A DNA stretch of 28,757 nt, from positions 6,717-35,473 of the forward strand of contig JAVRLY010000005.1 in assembly GCA_031960885.1 (NCBI GenBank). Direction: 5' to 3'. A program made the position numbers and the translations under genes. Positions 27,008-28,757 of this stretch are shown here, piece after piece (position 1 is the first letter of the stretch; each line of letters starts with the position of its first letter). Source of the DNA: Desulfurella sp. (GTDB lineage Bacteria > Campylobacterota_A > Desulfurellia > Desulfurellales > Desulfurellaceae). The notes below the pieces were generated by a model. That model ran no database searches, was not told where the DNA came from, and saw only the letters and a list, made by a program, of their open reading frames with translations.

Positions 27008-27919
27008 ATGAAAGTCTTAATTATTTTAGGCCCAACTGCCAGTGGTAAAACAAATACTGCATTTGAATTAGCAAAAGCCATTAATGGTGAAATTATTTCT
27101 GCTGACTCCATACAAGTATATAAGTTTTTTGATGTAGGTTCAGCAAAACCATCAAAAAAACAAATGGAAGTTGTTCCCCATCATTTAATTGATATTAAAT
27201 ATCCAAATGAAGAATTTAGTGCTATAGACTTTGCTAAAGCTGCTAAAAATTTAATTGAAATAATTCAAGAAAAAGGTAAAATACCAATTTTAACAGGTGG
27301 CACTTTATTCTATATTGATGCTTTACTAAATGGATTGGATGCTATACCTCAAATAAATCCTAAAATTAAAAATTTTTTTAATGATATATCAGATGAAAAA
27401 ATAATAAATCTCTATAATTGGGTAAATATAATCGATCCAAAATGGGCGAAAAAAATAAACAAACATGATGTTAATAGAATCAATCGAGCCTTAAGCGTCT
27501 ATCTGCAAACAGGAAAGGTATTAACAAGCTTTTTTGTAAGTAAGAAAAAGGACCATTTTTTTAATAATGAATTGATTTTTTCATTGCAAATTAACGATGA
27601 AGAGTTAAGAAAACGTATAAAGACACGAACGATTTCTATGATAAATGGCTTAATTGATGAAACTAAAAAATTAATAGAAATGGGATATGCTACTGCAAAA
27701 CCCCTTCAATCAATAGGCTATAGACAAGCTTGCCAATATCTAAGTGGTAAAATTAGCGAAAATGAACTAATAGAAAGCATTATCCGCGAAACATTACTTT
27801 ATGCTAAAAGACAAAAAACCTATTTTAATTCTAAATTTAGAGATAGGAGCATTCCTATAAATTACAGAAATGCTACAAAACTTATACTTGAATATTTAAG
27901 CCAAACTCATTTCTCTTAA
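27008..27919 (+). CDS. miaA: tRNA (adenosine(37)-N6)-dimethylallyltransferase
   Basis: [48 protein letters not shown]. Confidence 0.95.
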   Translation: MKVLIILGPTASGKTNTAFELAKAINGEIISADSIQVYKFFDVGSAKPSKKQMEVVPHHLIDIKYPNEEFSAIDFAKAAKNLIEIIQEKGKIPILTGGTLFYIDALLNGLDAIPQINPKIKNFFNDISDEKIINLYNWVNIIDPKWAKKINKHDVNRINRALSVYLQTGKVLTSFFVSKKKDHFFNNELIFSLQINDEELRKRIKTRTISMINGLIDETKKLIEMGYATAKPLQSIGYRQACQYLSGKISENELIESIIRETLLYAKRQKTYFNSKFRDRSIPINYRNATKLILEYLSQTHFS

Positions 27920-28744
27920 TCTTTTTATACGTTCTTCAATGGGCGGATGTGTAGAAAACAAATTTGTTAATCCTTTGGCACTAAATGGGTTAACTATAAA
28001 AAGATTTTCGGTAGTAGGGTTACCTTGTAAAGGTATATTTTTTGAATAGTATTCTAATTTTTCCAATGCACTAGCTAAGTATAAAGGGTTGCCAGAAAAC
28101 TGCGCTCCCGCTTTATCTGCCTCGTATTCTCTTGCGCGTGATATTGCAAGTTGGATTAGTGTAGCAGCAAGTGGCGCAAATATAGCCATTGCTATTAACA
28201 ATACAGGATTAGATTCACTATCTCTATCACGTGAAAATCCGCCAAAAATTGCAGCCCACCTTATCATATCGGCAATTATCATAATAGCGCCTGCAACGGT
28301 TGCAGCTATTGTTGAAATCAATATATCTCGGTGCTTTATATGCCCTAACTCATGACCTAAAACGCCCATAAGTTCATTTTCATTTAAAAGCTTTAGTGCG
28401 CCAGCGGTTATTGCCACAGCAGCGTGATTTGGGTTTCTCCCAGTTGCAAAAGCATTTGGTGCGTCTTGTGGTATTATATATATCTTTGGCATAGGAATAT
28501 TTGCGTTATTGGCCAATTTATTCACAATTCTAAACAGCTGTGGATATTCGCTTTCACTAGCCTCTTGAGCATGATATATAGATAATGCAATCTTATCGGA
28601 AAAAAAATAACTAAAAAAATTCATCGCTATAGCTAAAGTAAAAGCTATTAAAGCTCCACTTCTTCCACCTAAAGCACTACCAATAAGTATAAACAAGGCA
28701 GTCATTAAACCCAAAAGCAGCGCAGTTTTAATACCGTTTATCAT
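27896..28744 (-). CDS. htpX: Zinc metalloprotease HtpX (M48)
   Basis: [15 protein letters not shown] (HEXXH), [32 protein letters not shown] at the window end. Confidence 0.96.
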   Translation of the reverse strand: MINGIKTALLLGLMTALFILIGSALGGRSGALIAFTLAIAMNFFSYFFSDKIALSIYHAQEASESEYPQLFRIVNKLANNANIPMPKIYIIPQDAPNAFATGRNPNHAAVAITAGALKLLNENELMGVLGHELGHIKHRDILISTIAATVAGAIMIIADMIRWAAIFGGFSRDRDSESNPVLLIAMAIFAPLAATLIQLAISRAREYEADKAGAQFSGNPLYLASALEKLEYYSKNIPLQGNPTTENLFIVNPFSAKGLTNLFSTHPPIEERIKRLREMSLA

Positions 28745-28757
28745 AAATATACCTCCT

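Noticed and set aside
733..28355. Short alternative-frame or antisense ORFs in the track (e.g. 733-1005, 6661-7044, 10232-10504, 19879-20169, 23288-23575, 25638-25937, 28089-28355)
   Set aside because: All are shadows of well-supported genes and have no recognisable motifs.
1..28757. CRISPR arrays, tRNA/rRNA, IS elements, prophage, phase-variable tracts
   Set aside because: No spaced repeats, cloverleafs, transposase or integrase ORFs were seen. A/T runs of 8-9 nt are expected at this composition and do not break ORFs.

Overview
AT-rich (roughly 30% GC by eye), gene-dense bacterial chromosomal window. Gene content and composition suggest an anaerobic Gram-negative organism, possibly Desulfurella-like (inference only). 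From left to right: a gpmI plus class I aldolase operon (+); a minus-strand FliT-like / isochorismatase / SpsF-like cytidylyltransferase / atypical GH57-fold unit, with a divergent FliK-like gene; a tightly coupled 11-gene minus-strand run (ACT/GcvR-like, def, uvrB, SufC-like smsC, SufB-like smsB, CNNM/CBS protein, PP0621-like, tal, rdgB, lptA, gltX); a GntR / activase / glycyl-radical enzyme / EamA cassette whose GRE carries the motifs of trans-4-hydroxy-L-proline dehydratase (HypD); BI-1/YccA, EamA, a GlnHPQ-like ABC importer, an OFA/SLC16-like MFS carrier, miaA and htpX. No tRNA, rRNA, CRISPR array or mobile element was seen. The most interesting items are the proC-less HypD cassette with a palindromic GntR operator, the GH57-like/SpsF pair beside flagellar-type genes, the minimal SMS-type Fe-S system, the in-frame ACT-deformylase pair and several apparently leaderless genes.
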